Shown here in pieces: positions 32,128 to 43,133 of a stretch of 64,000 bases of DNA (its first letter is position 1; each line of letters opens with the position of its first letter). A program made the translations under genes and the position numbers. The stretch spans positions 1,313,397-1,377,396 of the forward strand of contig JANHCV010000013.1 in assembly GCA_025594325.1 (NCBI GenBank), written 5' to 3'. The notes beneath the pieces were generated by a model, which was given only the letters and a program-made list of their open reading frames with translations, ran no database searches and had not been told where the DNA came from. The DNA comes from Blastocladiella emersonii ATCC 22665. Lineage: Eukaryota > Fungi > Blastocladiomycota.

Positions 32128-34299
32128 TTACTCGTCATCCTCGTCGCTGTCAGGTCCCGAATCCACGATCTCGACGCCGTCCATGGCATCCAGGTCGTCA
32201 TCTTCGTCGCTGTCACCGTCCACGTCCATGGCCGCCGCCGCCGCGGGAGCGGGCTTGGTGGGAGACGCACTCGACTTGGCAGCCGCCGCCGACGCAACGA
32301 CGACGGGCGCGGGGACGGGCGCGAGCTTAACGGGCACCGGCGCGGGCGCCGCGAGCTTGGGCATCGGCGCCGGGGCGGGCTTGGCGACCGGGACGGGTTC
32401 CTGGGCGGGAGCAGCGGCAGCTTCGGGCTCGTCAGCGGCAGCAGTGTCGACGACCATCGCCTGCGCCTCCTCCTCGTCATCACTTTCCTCGCCGCCAGCC
32501 GCCTTTTCGATGGCCTCGCGTGCCTGAGCCGCGGGATCAACAAACGAGAGGCCCATCCCGACAACGACGGGTGCGGGCCCCGTCGGCGCAGCGCGCTCGG
32601 CGAGGACGACGACGGGGCGCGGGTCGGGGACGCGGCGCGGGTGCGCGACGGCGTCGAGCGCGGCGTCGCTGCCCTTGGCGACGGACCCGTGGACGAGCGG
32701 GAGCACGTTGTAGGCGCCGACGCCCTGGGTGGTGACGACCGACGGCAGCGTGGCCGAGGCCGTAAGGGCGGAGATGGTCGCGCGGGTGCGGGCGGCGTGG
32801 CGGCGCGCGTGCGAGGTCGACGCGAGCGCCGAGTGCAGCATGGCCGAGTCCCACTCGACGCGGACCGGGGTCGGGATGCGGGACCCCGCGGCGGCGATGA
32901 TGGCGTGCACGGCGCGGGTGGCGTGCGGGTCGGCGGCGCGCAGGCTCGCGGCGAGGGTCGGCGAGGTGGTGAGAAGACGCAGGGCGCGGTCGAGCGGGAG
33001 GACGGCGACGAGGTCGGCGAACAGCGTGAGGGCAGCGGGGAGGTGCATGGCGCGCGCGAGAACCGAGGCGAGGGCGGGCGCGTGCGGGGTCAGCGACGCG
33101 AGGGCGTCGGCCTGGGCGATGGGCGTGACGAGGGCGCCGTGCACGAGGTCGGCGAGGGCCGAGGCGCGGAGCGCGGGGAGGAAGGCGACCGAGAGCTGGA
33201 ACAGGCGGGCGTCCTGGCCGAGGGCGACCTGCGGGGCGGCGAGCACGCGCTCGGCGGCGGCGAGGATCAGGGCGGCCGGGATGGCAGCGAGCGGCGACTT
33301 GGAGGCGTCGGTCGCGTGCGCCGCCGGGCGGTGCGTGGCGAGGGCGGCGAGGACCTTGACGGCGGCGTCCCACCGGTTGCGGGCGTCGGTCCAGGCGGCC
33401 CAGGAGGGGTCCTCCAGGCGCACCTGCGGCCACAGCAGGCCGAGGTCGGCGGGCTGCGAGTCGGACGACCAGTCCTCGTCGATGCCGATGAGCAGCACGT
33501 CGAGCGCGGCGTGCAGCGAGCCGACGGTGGCACGCGCAACGGCGAGCCAGTCGCCGGCAATCTTGGCGTCGGCAGTCCCCAGAGCCACAGCGCGCGCGAG
33601 GAGGGTGGCGGCGGCGGTCGGGTGGGTGAGCAGGGCCGACTCGGCAGCGGCACGCAGCTTGGCGGCCCAGTAGCGCGAGGGGGCGGGGAATGCGACGACG
33701 ATATCGGTGAGCGCGGCGAGGGCGGCGGGCGCGAGCGCGGGGGACGCGACCCACGGGAGGAGGGCGGGGATCACGACCTTGAGGGCGGGGGCGACGACGT
33801 GGGTGTAGACCTGCGGGTTCTTGGCGGCGGCGCGCAGCAGGTTGACGGTGACGGCAAGGGCGTGCTTGCGGACGGCATCCGAGTTGGCTGTGGACTTGAC
33901 GAGGTCGGTGAGGGCGTCGGCCCATGCGAGGCGGCGGTCGGCGTAGAGGGCGTCGATGACGGCGGGCCACTGGTCGACCCACTGGGCGACGAAGAGCATG
34001 CCGAGGATGCGGGCGGCGTCGGGCTTGGCGTTGAGCAGGGTGTTGACGAGGGCGCTCCACCGCTTGAGGGCGCGGTCGACGTCGGGATGGCGCGCGGCGA
34101 GGGCGTGCGAGCGGGCGAGCAGGCGGTGGTGGGCGATCATGTCCCCGACGCCGGCGCCGCGGCGCAGCTCGTCGGGCATGTCCGGGTTGCTGGGGGCGAA
34201 GGTGGCAGGGGTCCACTCCTGGGCGAGGACCAGGGCCCACACCTGCGAGACGGCCTGCGCGGCCTCGGCGGCGGCCTGGCGCTGCTGAACGGATTCCAT
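32128..34299 (-). CDS. RIX1: Rix1/PELP1-like pre-60S (rixosome) subunit
   Basis: Helical N-terminus with Rix1-like pattern (WSALVNTLL...RILGML...W...L..LV...VVAPALKVVIPALL...FPAPSRYWAAKL). P/A-rich linker and acidic tail DVDGDSDEDDDLDAMDGVEIVDSGPDSDEDDE. ATG at 34299. Confidence 0.75.
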   Translation of the reverse strand: MESVQQRQAAAEAAQAVSQVWALVLAQEWTPATFAPSNPDMPDELRRGAGVGDMIAHHRLLARSHALAARHPDVDRALKRWSALVNTLLNAKPDAARILGMLFVAQWVDQWPAVIDALYADRRLAWADALTDLVKSTANSDAVRKHALAVTVNLLRAAAKNPQVYTHVVAPALKVVIPALLPWVASPALAPAALAALTDIVVAFPAPSRYWAAKLRAAAESALLTHPTAAATLLARAVALGTADAKIAGDWLAVARATVGSLHAALDVLLIGIDEDWSSDSQPADLGLLWPQVRLEDPSWAAWTDARNRWDAAVKVLAALATHRPAAHATDASKSPLAAIPAALILAAAERVLAAPQVALGQDARLFQLSVAFLPALRASALADLVHGALVTPIAQADALASLTPHAPALASVLARAMHLPAALTLFADLVAVLPLDRALRLLTTSPTLAASLRAADPHATRAVHAIIAAAGSRIPTPVRVEWDSAMLHSALASTSHARRHAARTRATISALTASATLPSVVTTQGVGAYNVLPLVHGSVAKGSDAALDAVAHPRRVPDPRPVVVLAERAAPTGPAPVVVGMGLSFVDPAAQAREAIEKAAGGEESDDEEEAQAMVVDTAAADEPEAAAAPAQEPVPVAKPAPAPMPKLAAPAPVPVKLAPVPAPVVVASAAAAKSSASPTKPAPAAAAAMDVDGDSDEDDDLDAMDGVEIVDSGPDSDEDDE

Positions 34300-34639
34300 T
34301 TGATTGATCGTATCTTCTGGTGGGGATCGGAGGCGTACGTCGCGTCGCGCGGACCAGCGAGGGAGGAGGGGAGGTCCAAGTCGCGCGGCTCGAGTCACGC
34401 AGGGGTCAGGTGACCGGTCGCGAGGGCGGCCGCGAGGTGGCGCAACGCGTTCCCACGCCCAGGATGCGCCAGTCCAGCGCCGATCCAATCGCGCGCCCCG
34501 GATCCGTCAGCGCCAAGGCCGATCCGATGCCGGCGTCCGCCGCAGGGGTGGCACGCCAGGCTGCGTGCCAGGGTTCGGGGATCTTGGCGCGGCGCAGGGC
34601 GCGGCGCGCGCGCGGGAGGGTTCCCGTGGCCGCCGACCC

Positions 34640-34645
34640 TATAAA
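34640..34645 (+). promoter_or_regulatory. TATA box of AAA ATPase gene in a head-to-head promoter
   Basis: CCTATAAAGG about 65 nt upstream of ATG 34711, within the 411-nt gap to the divergent RIX1 start. Confidence 0.5.
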
Positions 34646-34710
34646 GGTGGCCTGGTGCACGGCTGGCGTCCTCTCTCTCGCAACCTCGTCACCAACTGCA
34701 ACGTATCACC

Positions 34711-36726
34711 ATGACACCGAGCCCGCCACCGCCGCCGCCCCCGCCGGGCCACCCCGCACCCGCTGTGTGGACCTCCGAGACGACCAATGCCGCCAAGGCC
34801 GACGGCACCGCGCCCGCCTTCGCCGTCACGGTCAACGTGTCCAACGAGCCCATCTTCGTGTTCGCGCCCAAGGCCGAGTCGACGCCCGCCGGCGCCGTGT
34901 GGCTGTACGACGTGGTCAAGGTGTCGATCCCGGGCGCCCCGCTCTCGCGCATCCTGCCGCCGCTGCAGCTGCTGTACGCCCTCGGCAAGCTGCGCGCCGT
35001 GCGCCTGACCGTCGACGAGTACAATGCCTCGCTCGCCCTCGACGAGGACGACGGCCGCAAGCGCTACGCCCGCCACCACGCATCGGACCTCTTCTCCGTG
35101 CTCGCCTTCCGCCCGACCGACCCCGCCGCGCCCCTCGTCGTCCCCGGGCTCGCCGAGCTGATCGCCGCCGTCGAGGCGCACTTTGCGACTGAGCTCGCGA
35201 CGCACCGCGCAACTGTCGCTGCTGGGTCCGTCGAGTTTGCCGGTTTGGGAGAACTCTACGTCCCGGGTACCACCGTCGTCGGCGCCACCTCGCTCGGGCC
35301 CGGTGCCACCGCGCGCGCCGCGTACCGCGTGCGCTCGTCGTGGTTCGAGGAGAAGCGCACCCTGTTCCGCGTCGAGACCAGCTTCCACCTGCGCCTCGAG
35401 GCCCTCGTCAACTTTGGCCGCCACCTCGTCCTCGTCTCGTTCGAGGAGGTCTACTCGGGCTGGACCGGCGCCAAGGTCCGCGGCCTCGCCGAGCTCGGCG
35501 CCGTGCTCCCCGCCACTCCCGACGACCTCGCTACCCTCACCGCGCGCACCGAAAAGATCCTCGGCGTGCTCGGCCAGGGCCCGCACCCGTTCGTCGAGTA
35601 CTCGGCCGGCGCCTTCTTCCCGCACGCCCGCGGCACCACCAAGCCCTCGCTCTCCGCCTCGGTCGGCGGCGGCCGCCTCGTCGTCGACGGGAAGCGCGGC
35701 CTGATGCTCGGCCACTTCCCCTCGCAGGGCTCCGACGAGGTCACCCTCGCCATCCTCAACACGGCCGGCCGCTACAAGCGCCACGCCGCCTCCCTCAAGT
35801 CCGACGACGAGCTGCCGCCCGTCGGCACTGACGCGCCGCTCGCATTCCCGATCTCCCCGTCGGCCGTCCCGCCCTTCCTCGTCCCGACCGTGTGGCCCGC
35901 GCTCGTCGGGTTCAGCTTCGCCGCCAAGGCGTGGGGCCACGTCCTCGTCGACGCCCTCGCGCCCATCCAGTTCAACGACACGGCGTTTGACCAGCTTGTC
36001 ATCCCGCCCGCGCGCAAGCGCCTGATCCGCGCCCTCGTCAAGTTTGGCGGCCGCGCCGCCGTCGACGATCTCGTCGCGGGCAAGTCGGGCGGGTCCGTGT
36101 TCCTCCTCTACGGGCCGCCGGGCACGGGCAAGACGGTCAGCGCTGAGGCGATTGCCGAGCTGCTGCACAAGCCGCTGTACTACGTGACCATGGGCGAGCT
36201 CGGCACCACGCCCGAGGCCATGGAGACGCGGCTCGGCGAGGTGCTCGACCTGTGCGCCGGGTGGGACGCGCTCGTGCTAATTGACGAGGTGGACACGTTC
36301 GTCGAGCGGCGCACCACGTCCGACGTGGTCCGCAACGCCATGGTGTGCGTGATGCTGCGCCTGCTCGAGTACCACCCGGGCCTGCTGTTCCTGACCACGA
36401 ACCGCGTGCGCGAGTTCGACCCGGCGTTCGAGAGCCGCATCACGGTCGCGCTTCGCTACGACAACCTCGACGAGCCTGCGCGCGCCCAGGTCTGGCGCAA
36501 CCTCGTCGCCCGCGTCCGCGGCATCGACGTGGCCCACGACCTTGACTACTCTGCGCTCGCCAAGGAGCCCATGAACGGCCGCCAGATCAAGAACGCGGTC
36601 CGGCTCGCTGTCGCGCTCGCCGAGGATATCGGTGAGCCCCTGTCGCAGGCCCTCGTCGAGGAGACGGTCGCGATCGCGGCGCTCGGCCGACTCCAGATGG
36701 CCGACAAGGACACGTACTCGCTCTAG
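34711..36726 (+). CDS. AAA+ ATPase (fungal single-AAA type with long N-terminal domain), 671 aa
   Basis: Walker A GPPGTGKT, Walker B VLIDE, LTTNR, DPAFESRI, MNGRQIKN. Intronless, high GC3. Confidence 0.92.
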   Translation: MTPSPPPPPPPPGHPAPAVWTSETTNAAKADGTAPAFAVTVNVSNEPIFVFAPKAESTPAGAVWLYDVVKVSIPGAPLSRILPPLQLLYALGKLRAVRLTVDEYNASLALDEDDGRKRYARHHASDLFSVLAFRPTDPAAPLVVPGLAELIAAVEAHFATELATHRATVAAGSVEFAGLGELYVPGTTVVGATSLGPGATARAAYRVRSSWFEEKRTLFRVETSFHLRLEALVNFGRHLVLVSFEEVYSGWTGAKVRGLAELGAVLPATPDDLATLTARTEKILGVLGQGPHPFVEYSAGAFFPHARGTTKPSLSASVGGGRLVVDGKRGLMLGHFPSQGSDEVTLAILNTAGRYKRHAASLKSDDELPPVGTDAPLAFPISPSAVPPFLVPTVWPALVGFSFAAKAWGHVLVDALAPIQFNDTAFDQLVIPPARKRLIRALVKFGGRAAVDDLVAGKSGGSVFLLYGPPGTGKTVSAEAIAELLHKPLYYVTMGELGTTPEAMETRLGEVLDLCAGWDALVLIDEVDTFVERRTTSDVVRNAMVCVMLRLLEYHPGLLFLTTNRVREFDPAFESRITVALRYDNLDEPARAQVWRNLVARVRGIDVAHDLDYSALAKEPMNGRQIKNAVRLAVALAEDIGEPLSQALVEETVAIAALGRLQMADKDTYSL

Positions 36727-36958
36727 GAGCGGGGTGTACATGATTATATGCCAGCAATTTTGCACATACGTTACTCTTGTGACCTCCTTGCCTCCTGTAA
36801 GTCGCGGCGGTGATCGCCCTTTTGATGGGGGTCAGCGGGACGCGACGTGGACGTCGCGTCGGACGCCACGCCGCATCGCGGCTCAGATCGCGGCTCTCCC
36901 TCAGCAATGGCGCACTCACTACTCCCATGAAAGCTTCATGAATTGACTTGCTGAAACT

Positions 36959-38581
36959 ATGAGCTCCGATCGTGACCAGCCACCGGCATCGCTCGCAGGC
37001 CGGCGATCCATGCCGCGATCGCCGACGCTCCGCGGCGCTCGCAGGTCACGGTCGCCGAGAGCAGACTCGTGCAGCTCGAGCAACGACGACGGCGATCTTG
37101 AGTCCATGTCGTCGCTATCGACGTGTCTTTCCTCTCCTGCAGCTCGTGCGGAGCACGCCGGCTGGTCTCGCGACCCACCTGCTACTCCGCCCCGTGCCAA
37201 CTCGGCCCACTCCCCGCGCGCTGTCACGCTCTCGCCGTTGCTCGCCAACTCGGCGGCGCCCAAACGCTCGGTGGTCGCCGAACTTGCGCCGCCGTCCTTG
37301 CAAACGTGCCCTTCCTCCACTCCGCCACGATCTCGTGCCGTCCGCTCTCCGTCCACCATCACACTCTCGCCGTTGCTCGCTGCTTCTGCGGTCGAAGGAT
37401 CGGACGCGGACGAGCCTGCACCGTTGCAGGAGCCCGATCCCGACGACGCCCCGCGGCGGCGGCGGCATCGCAAGCGGGATACGGACGCGCGTCGGTACCT
37501 GTGCCCGGACTGCGGCGAGCAGTTTAAACGCGCCGAGCACCTGCACCGCCACTCTCGGACCCACACAGGTGCTAAGCCGTTCCCGTGCCCGTATCCCGAT
37601 TGCACCAAGGCCTTCTCGCGCCCCGACACGCTGGCGGCTCACGTCAAGGTGCACGAGCGCCGCGGGGAAACGTGTCCGGACGCGGATGCTGCGGCGCCGT
37701 CTGTGGGTGGCGACGGCGACGTGTCGACGAGCTCGGCCGTCTTGGAGGCCGACGAGGATGCCGAGGACTCGATTGAGCCGCCCAAGAAGAAGCGCAAACC
37801 GGCGCCACGGCTACATCCTCGCCGATTGGACGGCAGCACGGCGGCGAACATCGCGCCTGACATTGTTGCGGCCGCTGCAGCCGAGAGCGCCCAGCGACAC
37901 GTACTCGCTACATCTGCACCGCCCGAGGAGGCCGTTGCCGCGCCGACTGTTCGGCCCTTGCCCGTCGCCCCGCGTCCGCCTCCGCCCGCCGCAGTGTACA
38001 GCAGCGAGTACCATGAATCGACAGGCTGGGGCCTCCTGCCTTTGCCGCCCAACTCGCAACCCCCGCCCGAGCAGCAACTCCCACCCAGCCCGCAACCCCC
38101 ACCCAACCCGCAACCTCCACTCGAGCCGCTTCCCGCACAACCTCCACCAGTCCCGCAAACTTTACCCGACCCGCACCTCATGGACTACTGGTCATCGCTG
38201 CAGCTCATGTACCAGGCGCACCCGCTTCTCGGGTACCAGCTGCCGTTGCCTGTGGATCCGTACCTGGTCCCCTTCGCGTTTCCGGGCTTCACTCACCCCA
38301 CGCCGCTGTACTCGCCGCCGCCCGGATACCCGGCAGCGAATGCAATTTTTGCTGGCCTTCCGCTGCTTCCCGCCCACGACCCGCTCTCAGTCGCGTTTCA
38401 GTCGAACCCCTACGGTCCCCCGCAAGCTCAGCAGCATTCTCACTCAGTCGTGGCGGGCACGAGCGCCGGACCTGCGACACCGCTCGACGGGATCGCTTCT
38501 GGCTCGACGGCGCCCATCGCGCTTCAGCAGGCCGCGGGCAGCGACGGGGACCGAGCGCCGGCGCCAGATCGGACGCAGTGA
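36959..38581 (+). CDS. C2H2 zinc-finger transcription factor (two fingers), 540 aa
   Basis: CPDCGEQFKRAEHLHRHSRTH-TGAKP-FPCPYPDCTKAFSRPDTLAAHVKVH, an NLS-like PPKKKRK, and a P/Q-rich C-terminus. Confidence 0.9.
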   Translation: MSSDRDQPPASLAGRRSMPRSPTLRGARRSRSPRADSCSSSNDDGDLESMSSLSTCLSSPAARAEHAGWSRDPPATPPRANSAHSPRAVTLSPLLANSAAPKRSVVAELAPPSLQTCPSSTPPRSRAVRSPSTITLSPLLAASAVEGSDADEPAPLQEPDPDDAPRRRRHRKRDTDARRYLCPDCGEQFKRAEHLHRHSRTHTGAKPFPCPYPDCTKAFSRPDTLAAHVKVHERRGETCPDADAAAPSVGGDGDVSTSSAVLEADEDAEDSIEPPKKKRKPAPRLHPRRLDGSTAANIAPDIVAAAAAESAQRHVLATSAPPEEAVAAPTVRPLPVAPRPPPPAAVYSSEYHESTGWGLLPLPPNSQPPPEQQLPPSPQPPPNPQPPLEPLPAQPPPVPQTLPDPHLMDYWSSLQLMYQAHPLLGYQLPLPVDPYLVPFAFPGFTHPTPLYSPPPGYPAANAIFAGLPLLPAHDPLSVAFQSNPYGPPQAQQHSHSVVAGTSAGPATPLDGIASGSTAPIALQQAAGSDGDRAPAPDRTQ

Positions 38582-38940
38582 TCAAGTCCTCCTCTGTCGC
38601 GGGAGCGCCATTTGTATATACTCAATCAATCCATTTCTAACTCATAGCCGTCTCGATCGAGCGAAAAGACGAGATGCGTCGAAGCGAGCATCACCTGACG
38701 AGCATCACCTGACCGAATGTCTCGCGTTTCACGACGCGTCTCGCACGCGTCGCCCACCGTGTCCCTTGTCGCGCCACTTGTCCGCAAACTTGTCGCGCAC
38801 TCAAGACCACGGACAACCGCGGCAAATCACTCGATCCGCTAGCGCTGGGAGACGCGCAAAGTCAGCTCCGACCATGAGCGGCCGCGTCCGCGAACTCTTA
38901 CCGCCACTATGCTTCATGAAACTCAACGAACGATCATGCA

Positions 38941-41900
38941 ATGAGGCTGAAATGTAAACCTCATCGAGCGGCGGCACGATGCTCGCTCGCCTTCTCGCTC
39001 GTCGTCCTCGCGCTCCTCGTGATCGGCGCACCGCGATCCGCGACTGCTGCCAACTTCACAATTGGCATCGGGATTCCGACGGGGCTGACGGGATATGTCG
39101 GCGCACTGGCAAGATGGATGCAGATGATCATGGAAATGAATCTCGCACAGCTCAACGCCGAGATCGCGCAGCCGAAAGGTACGCGGCGCTGGTACCGACT
39201 GAACCGGTATGCGCTGAACCTGCCTGCCGTGTCTAGGCCACAACTTTAGCCTAACCTTTCGCGACACCAACTCGCTCCGTGTGACGGGCGTGAGCCGCAT
39301 GCTCGAGCTGGTCGACGCGGGCGCCGTGGCCGTCGTCGGCGACCTGTACTCGGACATGACCATGTCGCAGGCCTACGCCATCGCGCGCAACCGCGTCTTC
39401 CAGTGTACCGGGTCGGCCACCTCGGACACGCTGTCCAACAAGGCCGAGTTCCCGTACGTGTACCGCACGGTGCCTACCGACAGCTACCAGGCCGTGGTCA
39501 TGCTGCGCACACTCCAGCATCTCGGCTGGACCGGGGTCAACGTGATCAGCGCGACCTCGTCGTACGGGACCTCGCGTACGTGCTCGCCGTGCCGCCGCGC
39601 CGACCGACGCTGACTGAACATCCGAGTAGTTCTCTCAACCTTCAACCAGTACGCCGCCCAGTACCAGATCACGTCGTACCTCCAAACGCGCCTCGACGCC
39701 TCCCCAAAAGACGCCGATGTGCAGGCTGTGGTCCAGCAGCTCGCCGATAGCCCGTCACGCGTGATCGTGACCATGGCCGATGTCGATCTGCTATACCGCA
39801 TCGCGACCGAGGCCGCGCGCCAGGGCCTCAACCCGCAGGACTGGGTGTGGCTCGCATCCGAGACCGTGCTGCTGCTTCCGCAGTTCCTCGGCTCGCTGAC
39901 CAACGACACGGCGCCCGCCAACTCGTTCCTGCAGGGGATCCTCGGCACTTCGCCGCTCGAGCAGGACGCGTCGGCCGCACGATACCAGACGCTGGTGCAG
40001 CAGTGGAAGGCGACGTACAACAACTCGATCATCACCGACCAGTGCGTCTATTGTTTTTTCTTCCACGCGTGCCTCGAGGCCAGCGTCCGTGGCGTCGTCG
40101 CCCTCGCCGACAAGTTCGGCACACCCGCGGTCCTCGCGCGGACACACAACGCGACGCTCGCCGACTTTCTCGTGCCCTTCGACAGCGCCACGGGGCCCGT
40201 GCGGTACTCGGCCAGCGGCGACCGCCTCGGCCTGTACCAGATCATCAACCTGCAGGGCGCCGCGACGCAGCCCGTGCTCTCGGTCGCGGCGGACCTCAGC
40301 ATGACGCCGACCGGGATCCCGATCGTGTACACGGGCGGCAAGACGGCCGTCAAGTCGTGGCGCACCGAGATCTCGGTCTCGGTCCCGTCCTACTCGTCGC
40401 CCGGCGTCATCGTGCTGCTGACCGTGAGCGCGCTGTCGGCGGTCCTTGTGATCGGCACCTTCGTGTACCTGTTTACGTTCCGCAAGTCGAAACGCGTACG
40501 TCACATTGGCGTACCGTTCCTCATGGCCTTTTCGGTCGGGCTCGTCGCCAACCTGCTGTCGCCGTTCGTGTGGGCGGACATTCCGACCGAGGCAGGATGC
40601 ACCGTGTCGAGCTGGCTCGCGATCTTTGGCTCGTGCATGACGCTCTCGGCGCTCGGGATGAAGGCGTTCCGCATCGTACGCATCTACGACAAGTACGTGC
40701 CGTCCGCTGTTCGTGCCGAGCGCTTCACTCACAATCGCCCGCGCCCGTAGCCGCATTCTCGCCAACTCCAAGTCGCTCGGGACACGACACCTGCTCGCGC
40801 GCATGGTGATTCTACCCCTCGCCCAGATCGCCATGTTCATCGTATCGGCCACGGTCGCGCCGTCGCACCCGACGTCGAGCGTGTCCAAGGCCGTCATGAC
40901 GTACGCGTGCACGTCGACGAAACCCACGGTCGCCGACGCGCTGGCTGCCGTGGCCGGGTGCGCGGACCTGGTCCTTCTCCTCGCCAACGTGTACCTGGCG
41001 ACCAAGATCCGGCGCACGCACACGACCTACCTCGAAACCTCGTTCATCGCCATGAGCATCCACCACCTCACGCTCACGGTGGCCATCGCCGTGTCGCTGC
41101 TCCTGCTGCTCCCCGTCAACGCCGTGTCCGGGTTCTACATCAAGTCGGTCGCCGTCGTGTACCCGAACCTGGTCGCGTTCTACGCCATGAGTACGTTCGC
41201 CGGGCGCCTGAGTGTGCGAACGCTGATCGTGACTGCGCTGCGTAGCGCTCCGCCACGTCCACCTGGTGCGCCGCGAGGCCATCGAGGACTCGGATGGGAC
41301 CATCGTGTCGCATCACCGCGACGCGGGCTCGTCGTCCAACTCGGAATGGACCGCGTCCGGCCAGGCGAGTGGTTCGCGATCCACGGCGGCCAAGGTACGC
41401 TAGCGACTCTCTCGTGGCTGTTTGAGCTTCCACTCACTCTCTATATGCGCGTGTAGTCGATCACGGGCAAGTTCGCCATGAAGCGGTCCAACCGATTCTT
41501 CGCCAACTGGGAGATGCGGTCGCTGACCGTCGTCCCGTTCGAGGGTACCTCACACTCTCGCCCAAACCGCGCCTCGACATTCCGCTGACCCGCTCGCTTG
41601 GTAGGCGTGATCCTGGTCGGCAACCCGAACCCCGACAAGCCAAGCCTCGCGCTAGCCATCGCCACGTCGACCGTGACGACGGACGTGCCCGAGTACCCGA
41701 TGTGCATCGTGCTCTCGCACCGCGGCACCGACCCGCTGCTCGTCCAGTTCGTCTCGGAGCTCGAGCAGAAGTCGTGGCTCACAGTGCTCGGCAAGGCAGG
41801 CGTCGTCGCGCGGCAGTCGCAGTCCGGGTCCCGGTCGTCGGGCAGCGGCGGCAAGCGAAGCGGACCTGTGCCGCAGGCTCCGGGATCGAGTAAGAGCGGC

Positions 41901-42005
41901 GGCGGTGCGGCGGCGGGCGCCAGGCTGCCGGCCGTTGCTTCAACGCACTCGCTGTCGGAGTTGGATGAGGAAGAGAGCGGCCCGGTTTCACTCCCGCGGA
42001 CATAG
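38941..42005 (+). CDS. Class C (GABA-B-like) GPCR: signal peptide, Venus-flytrap domain, 7TM, PH-like tail
   Basis: Flytrap motifs VVGDLYS..T, ATSDTLSNKAEFPYVYRTVPTDSYQA, LGW..V, YG. 7TM segments include RKSKRVR..GVPFL and C..SSWL..FG......LGMKAFRIVRIY. Introns 39179-39236 and 39576-39629, plus four more with GTAC donors. Confidence 0.85.
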
Positions 42006-42684
42006 ATTGCGCGCGTTCGTTATATTCATTGAATCGAAGCGCACGCCACCGCGTCTGCGGTAGCGCCAGCGCGACAGACTCCTCGTCGTTCGCGTGGACC
42101 ACGAGCGGCAGCGGCCCACGGATGAGCACCGACTGCAGGACGGCGATGACGAGCTCGGCCAATGCGGCGGAGTCAGGAGGCACGGCGATTGCGGAGACGG
42201 GCGAGGATATGAGTACTTTTGGCCGCCGCGGCTGCGTCGTGGTCCCATCGAGAAGCACGATGAAGTACGCCAACGACGGGAAGCAGTCGATGTTAAGGTC
42301 GCAGAGGTGCGCGGTGCGCGGGTTGCCGTGGTCGAGGTTCGTGGTGTGGTGGTCGTGGTAGCGTTGGCGGGCTGGATCGAAGCGAACGACGACTTGCCCT
42401 TGACGGTCAGCTTGCAGTTGTCGGGCTCGGCGGACACAGCGCACAACTCTTGCCGCCGGCCTCACAGCCGCGGTGCCCAGCGCCGCTTCTTGGCCCGCGT
42501 GTGCGCGAGGCGGGACTTCGACTGCAAGCAGCCCGGCGCGTTGCGCGAGCCGGCGCAGACGGATCGGTCGCCCGTGCGCCGCTCCGCGCGGTTCCGGTCG
42601 TGTAGCTCGAGGAGGAGCTGCGCGATCTCGAGAGCCACGCAGTTCGCTGCAGCATCGTCGGTCGCATCCGAGACCTGGATCTAG
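42000..42684 (-). CDS. Hypothetical protein or fragment convergent with the GPCR
   Basis: Frame 41779-42465 has a protein-like stretch (HLCDLNIDCFPSLAYFIVLLDG...ALAELVIAVLQSVLIRGPLPLVVHAN). Start and exon structure unclear. Confidence 0.35.
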
Positions 42685-43133
42685 GGCGCGCCGGGCTCGG
42701 CCGGTAAACGGCCAAAACCCGACGATCAGGTTCGCCGCGCGGTTTGTGGGTTCTGCTGAGAAGATACATAGCGACGACTTGCAACCACTCGGTCGGTCAC
42801 GTTGAGCGGAACGCCCGCCTCAGCTCCGCGCTCCGCTCGATTCAACGCGCGGCGCACGCGCGGCGTAGCGAGGCTCGAGCTAAGGCCCACTCAAGGCTGT
42901 GCCGCGTTGCGCCACGGTGCACCCGGCGCAGCGTCCGCCGCAGCGGGTGCGGCTGCGGAGACAGCGATGAGAGACGCGACTTGAAACGGCGTGAGCGCCA
43001 CGTGCCGAATGTCCCGCGCGCTCGGCTTTCGGTGTCTCCCGCCGCGACCCGGTGCCACACGCGCCGCCCTCAAATCGCGTGTCTGCCCGCCCGCACCCGC
43101 GCCTGCTCTCCAACGATAATCCAGCACACTGCA

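Noticed and set aside
32641-34413. Many long antisense or alternate-frame ORFs (e.g. 32641-34413, 55728-58499, 16118-17548, 7633-9402)
   Set aside because: Shadow ORFs of high-GC3 genes on the other strand or frame.
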